This document shows, piece after piece, positions 42,737 through 59,433 of a stretch of 64,000 nt of DNA. The position numbers were made by a program, and so were the translations under genes. Under the pieces are notes generated by a model, which had not been told where the DNA came from, searched no databases, and worked only from the letters and a program-made list of their open reading frames with translations. Within the stretch, counting starts at the first letter, position 1. Each line of letters starts with the position of its first letter. The DNA comes from the human T2T-CHM13v2.0 reference genome, Homo sapiens: the NCBI RefSeq assembly GCF_009914755.1, contig NC_060926.1; one strand, written 5' to 3'.

Positions 42737-44469
42737 GTGAGTCCTCTTCATAGACACCTTCCCTGCCCTCCATCTCCTCCCCGCTGGTGTCTGTTCCCAA
42801 AAGGTGAACAGAAAGTGTCTTCATCCATTAGGCAAAAAAAAAAGGAAAGAAAAAAATTAGAAAGCACATGTTGATTTGTGTTACAGAGTAAATGGGAAGC
42901 CACACTTGTGCACTGCTTTGAGCTGGGAAAATAACCCTTGTGATTTACCTTCTGTCCAGATACTCTAAGATGCTGAGAGGATTTTAAAGTATTATTTCCT
43001 TAACTGGGTTCTGAAGATCATTTTTTTAAAGTCCCGTGATCAAATATATTTACTAAACTGCTGAGTGAATTAACATTAAGCAGGTTTCTTCGCTGCAGGA
43101 CTTATCAGAGCTTTTATGGGCCCAAGAGCACTGTGGTTCTCCATGAGGAAATCTGTATGCCAAACTCAGTTATTCATGGAACACCAATTAATGTCTTATG
43201 AGGCCACTTGTTTTCCAAGGAACAGTGTTTTGGGGAAAGATGCAATAAAATATGTATTCATTTGTTCAAAGATATTTCCTGATGGCCTATTATGGGTTAG
43301 GCACTCTCCTAGGTGATGGGAGAGCAAAGATGTCTTTTCCAGGGACTTCACAGTAGGAAAAACAGATATGCAACTAGCTGTAGCCAGAGCCAGAATGTGA
43401 CAATGCCAGGGCAGGGAAGGATCAGGGAAGCCAGCCCCTGGCAGGATTCAAGGGTCAAATGGCTGGGACGGTGAGGTACCCAGGCCCACTGGAAGCCTAG
43501 GGCAATGGAGCGCAAGTTCAAAGTGTCATCTGAAAGAGTTCTGGGCCCCATCTGGGCTCAGGAGAAAGTGAAGAACTGGACGTGGGAGAGGAAGGCCAAG
43601 CGCTGGGTGGATTTTAGAACAGAGCAGGAGAGGAAGAGAATACAACTGAGAGGACAGGAGGAGATCCCGGACTGCTGTCACCCACGAGGCTGGGACCCCC
43701 AGGATGGGACACCCCATTCCGCAGGGTCCACTGCCTGCTGTGTGGATAAGGTCACCTGGCCCAAAGGCACTGTCAGAGCAGGTCCTTGGGGATCCCTGTG
43801 CAGGCTGGTGAAGGATGGTTTGCTTTGATGTGAGTTTAAGTTGAGGCAGAGGAGGGCCTGAGATGGGAGAGTGGCCAGTCCTAGATGCCAGGATGACAGG
43901 CCACAGGGGGCCACTGCAAGCTCTGCCGGGCACTGGTGCATCAGAGTGGCATGTGCAGAATTGTGGTGGGCATTGTGGTAAAGGATGAGGACGCGGCAGG
44001 GGCATCGGTGAGGAGGCCGTTGTGCACATTCAGCTGAGCAACAGCTAGGGCCGAATCAGGGAAAAAACAGTGAAAATGAAAGAAAGGGGGAAATCAGGAT
44101 ATATTGCGAGACCTGATTGCCATTGATAAAAACTGGAAAATCACAAGGCGGAGCTGGCTTGAAGGGGAAAAAATAGAACTTGTTTTCAGACTTATTGATT
44201 GTGTGACATCAGTGGAAGAACCCAGAGAAAATACCCAGAAGGCAGCTGAAAATAGCGATGCGTCGCTTAACAACGGGGATATGTTCCGAGAAGCGTGTCA
44301 TTAGGTGACTTCGTCATTGTGGGAACCTCATGAAGTGTGTATACACAAAGCCCACTTCAGTTAGATGGTGTGGCCTATTGATCCTAGGCTACAAACCCGT
44401 ATAGCATGTTACTTTACTGAATACTGTGGGCAACTGTAACACAATAAGTTTTTGTGTATCTAAACATTA

Positions 44470-44920
<451 letters not shown>

Positions 44921-45231
44921 TTACTATGCACTGCTGTAGACCTTACAAACACTGTACACTTAGGCTACCCTACATTTATTTTTTAAATTTTCTTTTTCCA
45001 ATAATAAACTAACCTTAGCTTACTGTAATTTTTTATTTATAAGCTTTTTATTTATAAACAATTTAATTTTTGACGCTTTTGTAATAAAATGTAGCTTAAA
45101 ATACAAACACATTGTACAGCTGTACAGAAATATTTTATTTCTTTATATTCTTAATCTATAAGCTTTTTTTCAAGTTTTAAAATTTCAAAACTCTCATTTA
45201 CATTGACTTTTTTGTTGAAAATTAAGACGTA

Positions 45232-45651
<420 letters not shown>

Positions 45652-46092
45652 CTATGATGACAATGTCTTCTTCTGGTTACCTCCTGAAGGACCTGCCTGA
45701 GGCTATTTTATAGTTAACATTTTCTTATAAGTAGGAATACACTCTAATGATAAATAATATCGTAAACACGGAAATGAGTGACAGTTGTTTATCATTATCA
45801 AATATTATGTACTGAACAGAATTGTACTGTTATGCTTTTACACAGCTGGCAGTGCAGTGGGCTGGTTTGCACCAGCATCCCCAGAAGCATGTGAGTAATG
45901 TGTTGCGCTGTGACGTGATGACAGCTACAGCAGCACTACGTGATGGGGATTTTCCAGCTCCATTATAATTTTGTAGGACCTCTGTCCTATATGCAGTCCA
46001 TTACTGTGGTACATGACTATTTGTGGAGCCCCACGGGTAATTCTCAGAGGCAGCTGATGCCGAGAACTGCAATGTTAAGAAGTAACTGTTTA

Positions 46093-46396
<304 letters not shown>

Positions 46397-46419
46397 TTAA
46401 CTAACTGTTAGGCAGAATC

Positions 46420-47225
<806 letters not shown>

Positions 47226-47266
47226 AAAGTGAATGGTTCAGAAGTAGAGAGAATGAAAATAAAAAC

Positions 47267-47566
<300 letters not shown>

Positions 47567-47859
47567 TGAAAATAGAACATTCTTGAAAGAAAATTGGTAA
47601 AAGGAAGAAAAGAGAAAAGTAATTGAAGGAGATGACAGAGATAAGCTCTTTCAGGATGAGTTCCTTTATGTTTGTAGACAGAGAAGAAAGAGCTAGAACA
47701 TGAGGGGATAAGGATATTGATAAAAGAGGGTTGTTATTGCCAGTTTACCTTGTCTATCCCACCTAATGGACATCTTGCTCATCATTGCAGCCTGAGGCCC
47801 TGGAGAGGGCTTGTCATATAGTATTAATAGATACTGTTTGAGTGATTGGATAAGTAGGT

Positions 47860-49135
47860 AGACGGGTGTGTGAATGGTCAATGGATGAGTGGATGGGTGC
47901 GATGGATGGATGGATGGATGGATGGATGGATGGATGGATGGATGAATAGGCGAATGGATAGGTGGGTGGGTGGGTGGATGGATGGATGGATAGATAGATG
48001 GATGTGTGGGTGGGTGAATGGATGGATGGATGGATGGGTGGATAGGTGGATGGATGGGTGGATAGGTGGGTGAATGGGTGAATAGATGGATGGAGGGACG
48101 GATGGATGAATGGGTATGTGGGTGGGCGGATGGGTGAATGGGTAGGTGGGTGGGCGGATGGATGGATGGATGAGTAGATGGATGGATGAACAGGAGAATG
48201 GGTGGATGGATGGATGGATGGATGAATGGATGAACAGATGGTTGGATGGATGAATAGGCGAATGGATAGGTGGGTGGGTGGATGGATGGATAGATGGATG
48301 GATGTGTGGGTGGGTGAATGGATGGATGGATGGGTGGATAGGTGGATGAATGGATGAATAGATGGAAGGATGGATAGATGGATGGATAGGTGAATGGGTA
48401 GGTGGGTGGGCAGATGGATGGATGGATGGATGGACGGATGGATGGATGGATGAGTAGATGAATGGATGAATAGGAGAATGGGTAGATGGGTGGGTGGATG
48501 GATGGATGTGTGGGTGGGTGGAGGGAAGGATGGATGGATGGATAAATGGATGGATAGGTGGATGGGTGGATGGAGGGATGGATGGATGGATAGGTAAATG
48601 GGTAGGTGGGTGGGCGGAGGGATGGATGGATGGATGGATGGATGGATGGATGGATAGGTGAAGGTTAGATGGGTGGGCGGAGGGATGGATGGATGGATGG
48701 ATAGGTGGATGAATGGATGAATAGATGGATGGATGAATAGGCAAATGGGTGGGTAGGTGGGTGGATGGATGGATGGATGGATGGATGGATGTGTGGGTGG
48801 GTGGAGGGATGGATAAATGGATGGATGGATGTGTGGGTGGGTGGAGGGATGGATAAATGGATGGATAGGTGGATGGGTGGATGGATGGATGGCTAGGTCG
48901 GTGGGTGGATGGATGGGTGGGTGGGTGGATGGATGAGTGGATGAATAGGTGGATGGGTGGATGGATGAATGGACAGGTAGTTGGATGGATGGGTGGATGG
49001 ATAGATGAATGAATAGGTAGATAAGTGGATGGGTGGATGGATGAATGAATAGGTGGGTAGGTGGATGGATGGATGGGTGCATGAGTAAAGATGGGTAGAT
49101 GGGGAGATGAAAAGGTGGACAGATGGATGAATAGA
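47860..49135. repeat. ~1.27-kb complex (GGAT/GGGT/GAAT)n tetranucleotide array
   Basis: tggatggatgggtggataggtg... with long internal re-duplications. Confidence 0.97.
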
Positions 49136-49521
49136 ACTGGGGGTGGAAGCTGAAGTGTGTTATTAAAGTAAGTGACTGCAGAAAGTGAGCAGAGACTGAG
49201 CTGAAAATACAGGTGGGGGTTCATCTGAGTCAGAAAGAAAGTAAGAGAAGGTGAAGATACAAGGGATACTGAAGTAGTCAGGAGGATATGTGAGGGAATA
49301 CAGCAAGGTGAGTTATCTTAGTCTAAAGAAGAAGGCGTGGCAGTGGAGTCTGGACTTGAGCCATGTGAAAAAAGTTTAAAGCCACCTACAGGGAAATTCT
49401 ATCAAAAGCCAACAGCCGATGAATTTGAGGATTACAGAGGCCACCAGTTAATCTGTTCTTTTACTGATTAAAAAAATAATAATAAGAGGCATTTTTTAAA
49501 GCCTATGACTTTGATTTGCAG

Positions 49522-49603
49522 ATGAAGTACAACTTGCCTTCCTGGTGTGACCGAGTCCTCTGGAAGTCTTATCCCCTGGTGCACGTGGTGTGTCAGTCTT
49601 ATG
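49522..49603 (+). CDS. INPP5D: INPP5D exon 18 (82 nt): [27 protein letters not shown]
   Basis: ttgcag|A acceptor, G|gtgagt donor; catalytic signature PSWCDRVL. Confidence 0.98.
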
Positions 49604-49829
49604 GTGAGTTCAAACACTGGGGAAAGCAGAACAGGATCAGAGAATGGCACCAAGCTGGGAGGTGTGACTGCCCTAAAATCTAAGGGCTTCAGTCTGTTGA
49701 TGTGTCAAAGGGAGGAATTCACTGTAACCCTAATCAGGCGACCTGGAAATGTTGATGCTTCCCTGCCTGTCTTGTGCTGCCACCTAATCCATATCCCCTG
49801 CTTTAGGAGACATTTGAATTATAGAGCAC

Positions 49830-50131
49830 TTTTTTTCTTTTTCTTTTTGAGACGGAGTCTCACTCTGTCACCCAGGCTGGAGTACAATGGCATGATCTCA
49901 TCTCACCACAACTTCTACCTCCTGGGTTCAAGCGATTCTCGTGCCACAGCCTCCCCAAGCAGCTGGGATTACAGGCTCCTGCCACCATGCCTGGCTAATT
50001 TTTGTATTTTTAGTAGAGACGGGGTTTCACCATGTTGGCCAGGCTGGTTGCAAACTCCTGACCTCAGGTGGTCAGCCCACCTCGGCCTCCCAAAGTGCTG
50101 AGATTACAGGCATGAGCCACCGCGGCCGACC
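49830..50131 (-). mobile_element. AluS
   Basis: Reverse dimer; TSD gagcactttttt. Confidence 0.93.
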
Positions 50132-50407
50132 CGGAGCACTTTTTTAAAAATTCAGTTTTATTTCTTTTGAAAAGAACATATTAAGTGTGAACCATATGAA
50201 AGTGTTTTTGTAGGTCAGAAATAGTTATTGGAAATTCATATGGCTCAAACTAATACATGTCGCAAGTGTGTACACATATATACACATATATATTTGGGGA
50301 GGTTTAACCATAAATTGAGTTAAATTGATTTTTAGAAGGCATAACATGTAATATTAAAATAAATAATTATGGAATAAGTTATCAAAACAATTAAGAAATA
50401 ACTGTTA

Positions 50408-50535
50408 GCCAGGCACTGTGCCACGTACCTATAGTCTCAGCTGCTCAATAGGCTGAGGGGGGAGGATCGCTTGAGCCCAGTAGTTCAAAACCAGCCTGGG
50501 CAACGTAGACTCCATCTCTGAAAAAAATGAAAGAA
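50408..50535 (+). mobile_element. FLAM_A-like monomer
   Basis: Single monomer; TSD aagaaat(a/g)actgtta. Confidence 0.8.
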
Positions 50536-50711
50536 AGAAATGACTGTTAACTCTTGACCCTCAAAGTTGAAGGTGCACTGAAGGAGTTCTTAATTGCCTG
50601 AATGCTTATTCTGAAAAGCTACTGATTAGTTCCCATTACTTACGAAGTGAGACCTTAAAAATCCACAGAACAGAGTTGCTTTGAACACTTCACTGACTGA
50701 GAATTGTGGTA

Positions 50712-50715
50712 TTTT

Positions 50716-50755
<40 letters not shown>

Positions 50756-51040
50756 TTGAGACGGAGTCTCTCTCAGTCGCCCAGGCTGGAGTACAGTGGC
50801 AAAATCTCGGCTCCCTGCAACCTCCGCCTGCCAGGTTCAAGTGACTCTCCTGCCTCAGACTCCCGAGTAGCTGGGATATCAGGCACGCAGCACCACGCCT
50901 GGCTAATTTTTTGTATTTTTAGTAGAGATGGGGTTACACCATGTTGGTCAGGCTGGTCTCGAACTCCTGACTTCAGGTGATCCACCCGCCTCAGCCTCCC
51001 CAGGTGCTGGGATTACAGGCCTGAGTCACTGCGCCAGGCC
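50712..51040 (-). mobile_element. AluS with (TAAA)n tail
   Basis: Reverse dimer; TSD gtggtatt. Confidence 0.94.
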
Positions 51041-52106
51041 CAGTGGTATTATTTTTAAAACACTGCGAATTCCCACACAATGGCCTCTAAAGGATGGCCA
51101 CCCCAGTCCTTGGAGCAAGGAGAGGGGTGGGGGAATGCTGCCCGCTGGCCACCTTTGTGGCTCCCACTCTGTCTCTGGGGACTGGCAAATTTGGTCTCAC
51201 TTATTTAACTCTGGTCCTATACTTTGAACTGACTTCCATTCCAGTGCCTGTCTCCTCCTACTGCCCAGAAGAGCCCAGAGCAGCTACCCTGAAATAGTTT
51301 AACACACGCACCCTGCATTCCTTGCTGAAGGACTGAGCTCTGTCTCCCAGAAGTGACGTCACTAGACGAACTTCACACAACACCTTTAGATGTGTGGGAA
51401 GGCAACCTGCCCTCATAGCCACGGCCAGGGCATTGTTCCAGCTTCCAAAGCTCAAAGTGCCTGAGTCCTACCCTCTGCCTGCAGCCTCCTCACTTGTGCA
51501 TTCCCTCCCTGCCACCCGTCGGACTCTCCAGGCCTGTCACTCCTTCCCAGCCACACTCAGGGTCAACCCTGTCAATACTGTCCTTCCCACATCCTGCAGC
51601 TCCGTGCATCCTGCCAATTCTTGTCTCAACCATCTGTCTGCTTCAGCCAGCCTCTGCCGAGAGTCAGGAGATAGTGGAGGCTTGTAGAATTACCACTTAC
51701 TGTTTTGCACCTAAACTTGGCATTCAAAACTGCTCGACAGTGGAGGCTTTAGAGAAAGAGGAGGGAGATCAGTCCGGAAGTGGCAATGAGGAGCAGGAAG
51801 GACACCCTTTGCCCCCACCTCCGGGCCCGGAATATGAGGGTTGGGGAGGAAAACAAGCCTCACCAGAGAGGCAGCAGTGTCTTCCGGGGAGGGCTGGGTT
51901 TGGGAGGTGACAGGAAGATTAAAGATACAGGGAATTTTGCTAATGATATTTCATTGAGTGCCAGAGGGCTCAGTAGAAGCGTTTAATGAGTTGGGGTTGA
52001 GGGGAGGCAAAATGTTGGAAAAGAAAAGGGAGTGAATGTCCAGAGCTCAGGAAACAGGGGTGACCTGGGAGCCTCAGTCTTCTCATGACAATTAACATAG
52101 CAGGCA

Positions 52107-52545
52107 TATCAGCTGTCTATTGCTGCATAACAAACTGTCCTAAAACTCAGTGACTTAAAGCAAACATTTATTTGCTCGCGAGTCTCTGCGCTAGGCTGAA
52201 TTTGGACTGCTCACCTCTGCTCTAGTTGGTGTCATCTGGGCACACTCAGGCAGGAGCCCATCAGATCTGGGGTCGGCTGGCTGTCAGCAGGCATAGGGGT
52301 GGTACTCATCATCCAGCAGGCCAGTGCTGGCTTCTTAGCTTCCTGGTCTCAGGGTTCCCAGATTCGAGTGTCACCAGTGGGGAAGTTCTTCTTAAGGCTC
52401 TGTTGGCCTCATGTTTACTAAGGTCCCATTGGCCAAAGAAAGTCACATGACCAAGCCCAGACTCATGGTGGGAGGGGACCACAGAGAGTGTGGTTACTGG
52501 GAGGAGGACTGGGTCTTTGAGGGTCACCCATCTTACAGTCCACCT
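52107..52545 (-). mobile_element. MLT1-family MaLR LTR
   Basis: ctattgctgcataacaaac...aaaactcagtgacttaaagcaa; cccattggccaaagaaagtcacatgaccaagccca. Confidence 0.75.
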
Positions 52546-52784
52546 CCTAGGCTTAAGGGCACACTGTAGTGCCATTGCTATTATGTTCAGTACATATCTG
52601 AAATATTCTGAGAATGCTTAAAAAAAAAAACCCTGCTCGTCAACCCATTAAATTCTCCCTGGAACACCCCTCCTCCACTGCCACAGCAAACCTGTACCCC
52701 TGTGCTCAGCCTGACTCCCCACCTCCATCCTCTCCTGCCTCACACAGCACTGGACCTCACTGATTTCTTCTTGCCTGTGTCCAG

Positions 52785-53230
52785 TTTTTTGTTTTTTTTG
52801 TTTTGTTTTGTTTTTTGAGACAATCTTGCTTTGTTATCCAGGCTGGAGTGCAGTGGCACCATCCTGGCTCACTGCAACGTCAGCCTCCCAGGTTCAAGTG
52901 ATTCTCCGCCTCAGCCTCCCAAGCAGCTGGGATTACAGGCGCCCACCACCACGCCCAGCTAATTTTTGTATTTTTAGTAGAGACGGGGTTTTGCCATGTT
53001 GGCCAGGCTGATCTCGAACTCCTGGCCTCAAGTGATCCACCCACCTCGGCCTCCCAAAGTGCTGGGATTACATGCGCCCACCACCATGCCCAGCTAATTT
53101 TTGTATTTTTAGTAGAGACGGGGTTTTGCCATGTTGGCCAGGCTGATCTCGAACTCCTGGCCTCAAGTGATCCACCCACCTCGGCCTCCCAAAGTGCTGG
53201 GATTACAGGCATGAGCCACCGTGCTTGGCC
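52785..53230 (-). mobile_element. Trimeric AluS (135-bp internal tandem duplication)
   Basis: gctgggattaca at 52926, 53061 and 53196; TSD gtccagttttt. Confidence 0.95.
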
Positions 53231-54071
53231 TCAGGTCCAGTTTTTAGGCTGATGCCCTCGCATCTTCCTCCCTCCTGTCTCAGAGAAGGGGTAGCCTCCT
53301 CTTTCTTTCCTGCCTAGCCTTTGCCCCTGGACCCTTGACTCCATCTATTCCTTCTCCACTACCAACCAGTGCCCCCACTCCCATCCTTCTCTCCTGTCCC
53401 TTTCTCTGTTCTGTCTCATAGTTTCCATGTGTTTCTCTGGTGATCCTTAGTAAGTGAGCTTTTTTTCTTTTCATGTTTATTAGCCATCTGTATTTTTTGG
53501 TGAATTTTCTGTCCATATCCTTTGGTTGGTTGAAGGGTGGAGTGTTTATCTTTTTCTTGCTGATTTGTAAATGCTTTCTAAAAAGGATGCCAAGTCTGTT
53601 TTATCACCTTCTTGGTCTCCTTTGCTGGCGGTTTTTCCTTTGCCCGCCCATTCATGGTTGGTGTGCCCTGGAATTCCATCCTCGTCTCTTCTCATCCTTC
53701 GTGTGAAAGCCCAGACATGCTCAGGTCTTCTGCTTCCACCTAATCCTAAGACTCCACATCTAAAGATGCATCTCCAGCCTTGAGTGCCCATTTCCTGCCA
53801 GGCATCTCCAACGGGCTATCTTGAAAGAACTGTCTTTCTAGAACTGTCCTCTTTCTCTTGCCCCTTCCCAAAGTGCTCTGCTGCCTCCATTCTCACCCGA
53901 GCACCAAGCTCCTTAACAGAGTTTTCTACACTTAGCGTCCTCCACTCTCTCCCGGTTCTATGAGGCATCGTGGGATGGAAAAGGTGTCCCGTCTCTCCCA
54001 CCGATGAGCTGAGTGGCCTTAAGTCCCCTTCCCACCCAGTGTTTGGGGCTCTTCATCAATAAAATAAAGTG

Positions 54072-54418
<347 letters not shown>

Positions 54419-54666
54419 TCAATTCAAAAAGTCTTAGGTCTTTAGGAAAAATGAGCACAGGCTTCTTCTGTCCATGGAGGAGGCAGTGTCCACACTGTCT
54501 TCCACTGAACCCTTTAAGCATTGCTGTGGAAGGACAACAGGTGCAAAACTTCGCACTTCTGGAGGGCTCCATAACTAAAGTTTCTTTCTGCTTTAGGGTT
54601 GCCATCCTTGGCCTGACCGGAAGGGTTTCTCCTTCCCTGCTTAAAAATGCCTTCCCTCCCCTGCAG

Positions 54667-54756
54667 GCAGTACCAGCGACATCATGACGAGTGACCACAG
54701 CCCTGTCTTTGCCACATTTGAGGCAGGAGTCACTTCCCAGTTTGTCTCCAAGAACG
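54667..54756 (+). CDS. INPP5D: INPP5D exon 19 (90 nt): GSTSDIMTSDHSPVFATFEAGVTSQFVSKN
   Basis: ctgcag|GC acceptor, G|gtaagc donor; SDHSPV motif ends the phosphatase domain. Confidence 0.97.
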
Positions 54757-56664
54757 GTAAGCAAAGGATGGTGTCTGTTTCTCTGTTTTCCTCAATGACA
54801 AGGAGTGTTGGGAGCTTGTCTTCAGGTGGCAGTCAGTGGTCTGCATTAGAGGAAGGCTCATTTTCCCAGGCAAGTCCACAATATCAGTCAGTTTCTTCAT
54901 GTCCCAGCCACAGCACAATTGCAGTCCAGAGAATTTACTTGCTCTGCTTGGCAAGTATGTCAGCCTTTTGAGCCTCAATTTTAGTCTGAAAACGTGGGTA
55001 AATCAGTGTTTACCAAGGTGTGGCCTGAAGACACTGAAGATAATTCTCCGGGTGGGATGGGAGGAGGGGGCGGGGGACATGAATAAACATTTATTAGTAA
55101 TGCCTTTGTTTTAACATGTTTTACATTTCTGTCTTCTGTTTAAGGCAAGCACCATTACTTTTCCATTTAATATTGTGATATACCTTATTCAGCTACACTT
55201 AATTTTAAAAAGTGAGTCTATTTAGAGAAAATATGAAGTAAAGAGTAGCACAGGTGCGTGGTAGGCAGAGATGGTAAAAATCGTTAAGATGGGATGCAAA
55301 TGACTGAGTTTTGGGAAACACCACAGTAAATAATATTTAGATTTGCAGGTAATTTTTCAAATAATCCAGCTCAGCCCTGGTTGCCAGGCCACCCTCATCC
55401 CAGCTGGGCCAGGTGTTCTCTGTAATGTGCCCATCCAGCCCTTGGCCTAGGTGACCAGGGAGCCATGTTGTCTCTGCCCAGTCTCTGCTTCCGCGGTCAG
55501 CCCAGTGGTCACTGGGCTCCTTTAGGAAGACCAAGCGTAGGGGACCCAAATACAGGGAAAGACCATCTTGCTCTGTGTCCTTCATGCCCTGGGGGACACA
55601 CGTGAGGCCGAAGCACTGTCTTCCTGGGGTGCTCTTATCCATCCTATTGTATCTAACATCCATGGCCCCAGAAATGTGACCTCCCTCCTCCACCCAAGCC
55701 TTGACCCACCATCGTGTCTCCTTCCTAAGTCTGGCCACTGTGCCTTTCTAGAATCTTCCTAGTCCTTAGGCAGGACCTCTTCCCCGACTTCCACCCATCT
55801 CTCCTTTCTCTGAGCTCCTGCAGCCTTGAAGGGGTTGCCCTTGCCATCTCCTCCTCTATTCCGGGGTAGGGCATCCTCCATGTCAGGCTGGGCTTCCCTC
55901 CACGGGGGATCAGTACACAGCAGATGCTGGAAAACACTGATCACGGGGATTGAGCATTGACAGGGCATCTACCTAAGCCAAGCCTGGACTGGGCACTGTG
56001 GGATTTAGAAAGAGAAAGGAAAGAAGGAAGGATGTGAGGGATGGAGGAAGGAAAGGTTTGTTCATGGTCTCCGAACAAGTCTCTGTTCTGTGGCTCAAAA
56101 TTTCTATGAAAGGACAGAACACTTGTTTAAAAGCAGCTTAAGGATGCTTGCAAAAGCATCGTCTAAATTAATACAGTTGCAGGCAAGTTAACTCTGTACA
56201 AATGAGCTTATGGAGTCCAGAGGAAGGAGTGGGGATAACTGTGCCTAAGGGAGAGAGAGCTGCTAGCCCTCATTATCTGAACTCAGAAACAGCATTGATC
56301 TGGGTATTGAGCAACCGAGCCATTGTACAAAGTCTTTTTGCTGGAACTAGCTGGGAGCCTGAAATAGTGGGGGTATTGCCTGAGGTCACACAGCTTTAGT
56401 GACAGAGATGAAATGAGGTCCGGACTCCTGGGACTCTGCATCTTTCTGCCCCGCTCTCTGCCCTGGCCAGCTCACGATGCATCAGAGAGGTTGAGGATGC
56501 TCGGCTGGGTGCTGGATTTCGCTGTAGCTTTAGTTCTCCTCCCACTAGACTCCCACCTTCCTGGGACCCTGAGAAGGAGCTCAGTATGTGGCATGAGAAC
56601 TAATTTGAAATGCTCCATCTCCAGGCACATTGTGGAACTGAATCCGTGTTCTCCCCTGTTCCAG

Positions 56665-56778
56665 GTCCCGGGACTGTTGACAGCCAAGGACAGATTGAGT
56701 TTCTCAGGTGCTATGCCACATTGAAGACCAAGTCCCAGACCAAATTCTACCTGGAGTTCCACTCGAGCTGCTTGGAGA
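56665..56778 (+). CDS. INPP5D: INPP5D exon 20 (114 nt): GPGTVDSQGQIEFLRCYATLKTKSQTKFYLEFHSSCLE (C2 domain)
   Basis: ttccag|GT acceptor, A|gtaagt donor. Confidence 0.97.
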
Positions 56779-57968
56779 GTAAGTGGCTGCTGAGCCACCT
56801 TCTGGGCAGAACTGCCCGGAGCCTTCTTATAAACACCTTTCATACTTGGCACTTTGCCCCATATCTTCTCTCCCTGGAAAGGACTCACGAAGCTGATCAG
56901 AGAAGTGGGGCTGCAGGTGGATGACTCAAGGGGACACTCAGTTATTGTGAGGGGTCCCCCTGTGGCCTGTGCAGCCCTAGGGGCAGGGGTGGCCATGAAT
57001 GTACTGACCCCCCAGTCCCTTGTAGGTGGCAAGCAGGGTCCAATCCCTGGCCCTCAGGGTGGACTGTGACCCACTCTAGGTTCCCTGCAAGCTGGGGCTC
57101 TGACTCAACCAGAGAGTGTTGGGCCCAGGTCCAGACCTCAAAGAGCCGGTGTGAGGGCCTGAGCAGCAGCTGCCTGTTGTCGCCCTGGCCCCTCTTGCTC
57201 GTTGGAGATCACAGCGTCTTTCTCGGGGGGACTGCAGCGTCCGAAAGCAAGCAGGAGATGGACAGGCTCCCCTGAGCCAGCAGCCTTTAGCACAAACTGT
57301 GTTTAGGAAACACCCTTTCCGGGTGACATTTCTAGGCAGATTGTCTAAAGCTGTTTCATGGCTAGGGAAGAGCTGCGTGTGTCCAGCCGTCTTCGCTGAG
57401 ATGGTCTGCACAGTGGTCGGGGGAGGAAAAGGGGGCATCACCTCCTCAAAAGGGCATTTTGTGAGGGCCTGGCTGGGATGCTTCCAGAAATCAGGAAGAA
57501 GCGTGTGCTGCCAGTTCTGCCCCTCTGGTCCCTGCCTCCTCCAACTGAGGTGGGCCCAGGCCTGGTGCTAGAGCGGCCTTTGTCACTGAGTCCCCAAGCT
57601 CCAGTTCACCCAGCAGGGTCAAAGCGGTTCGAAAAATGATGAGGATTTTTGTGCGGGTGTTTTTAATAAACTATCAAGACAGTTCCATACATTTCTATGG
57701 AAACAGCATATTAGGAAGCTTAAATTAGAATTTCAAAAGGCTGCTATCTTGAGTGGCGTGGGACGAGCTGTCAAGTTTCCTAATCTTTTTGCCTGTGATG
57801 TGATGATTTCTTTGTTGCCTGGTTTGTTGCAAAGAGGAACTGAAAAGGAGGGGGAATCTCTTTGATTTTCCTAAAAATAATTAGACCATGTTGGCAAATG
57901 ACCAATCCCTGCACAAAAACAGAATCCCCGGCAGGCCTGACTCCTAAATGATGCTGAGGCCCCGAGAT

Positions 57969-57993
57969 AAAAAAAAAAAAAAAAAAAAAAAAA
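57969..57993 (+). repeat. Isolated (A)25 tract
   Basis: No adjacent Alu or L1 body visible. Confidence 0.95.
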
Positions 57994-58098
57994 GGAGAGA
58001 GCACATCTTCCTAGGTCTGGGTGGGGTGACCCCAGGGAGTCTTTTCTGTCTGGTTCTTGCTCTGTTTTCTGAAAACCAGCCTTTTTGTCCTCCAACAG

Positions 58099-58181
58099 GT
58101 TTTGTCAAGAGTCAGGAAGGAGAAAATGAAGAAGGAAGTGAGGGGGAGCTGGTGGTGAAGTTTGGTGAGACTCTTCCAAAG
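58099..58181 (+). CDS. INPP5D: INPP5D exon 21 (83 nt): SFVKSQEGENEEGSEGELVVKFGETLPK
   Basis: caacag|GT acceptor, AAG|gtaatt donor. Confidence 0.97.
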
Positions 58182-58761
58182 GTAATTCTAGAGCAAGGCA
58201 TTCCCCAGAGGGAGATTTGCATTTACTAGGCCAGTAGTACCAGCCAGTGGCAGAGCTATGGCCAGGCCTGACCAGAGGAAGCAGGAATCTCATAGACCAA
58301 ATGCAGAAAGAGACCCACTCTAGGAGCAAGCTCTCGCTCAAGGTGGTTCGTAACACACTTTACAGCAGTGGGTATGTGGCCTTATTATTCCTAAATGGTT
58401 TCAGTTCCCCTAAAGGATCACAGAAGGGATCTAGAGGTCAGCTCGTCTAACCACATGATTTTGCAAAGAAGGAAACTCAGGTGCAGGGCCAAGCGCTGTT
58501 TGCTCATGGCCTCATGGCTGCAGTAACACACCTAGGACGCAACCCCAAGACCCCGATCCCCTCTTTGACGCTTGTTTTCCTATTCAGTGCTGGTTCATAG
58601 AATCGAGTACAAAGAGGCATAGAGAGGGGTCCATTGGCTACTGATCATACACTTGTGAACACACGAAGTACTCGACATGTCTGTGGCCCTGCAAAGAGCA
58701 GAGGGTGGAATTGGAAACACTCAGCCAGACCTTAGTGGGAACACATTCTTCTTTGCTATAG

Positions 58762-59433
<672 letters not shown>

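Noticed and set aside
47814-49224. 422- and 448-aa His/Pro/Ser/Ile ORFs on the minus strand
   Set aside because: Translations of (ATCC)n, which lacks stop codons; not a gene
56472-57032. 186-aa antisense ORF over exon 20, and similar antisense ORFs over other exons
   Set aside because: Expected by chance in GC-rich sequence opposite coding exons; no domain, promoter or splice support
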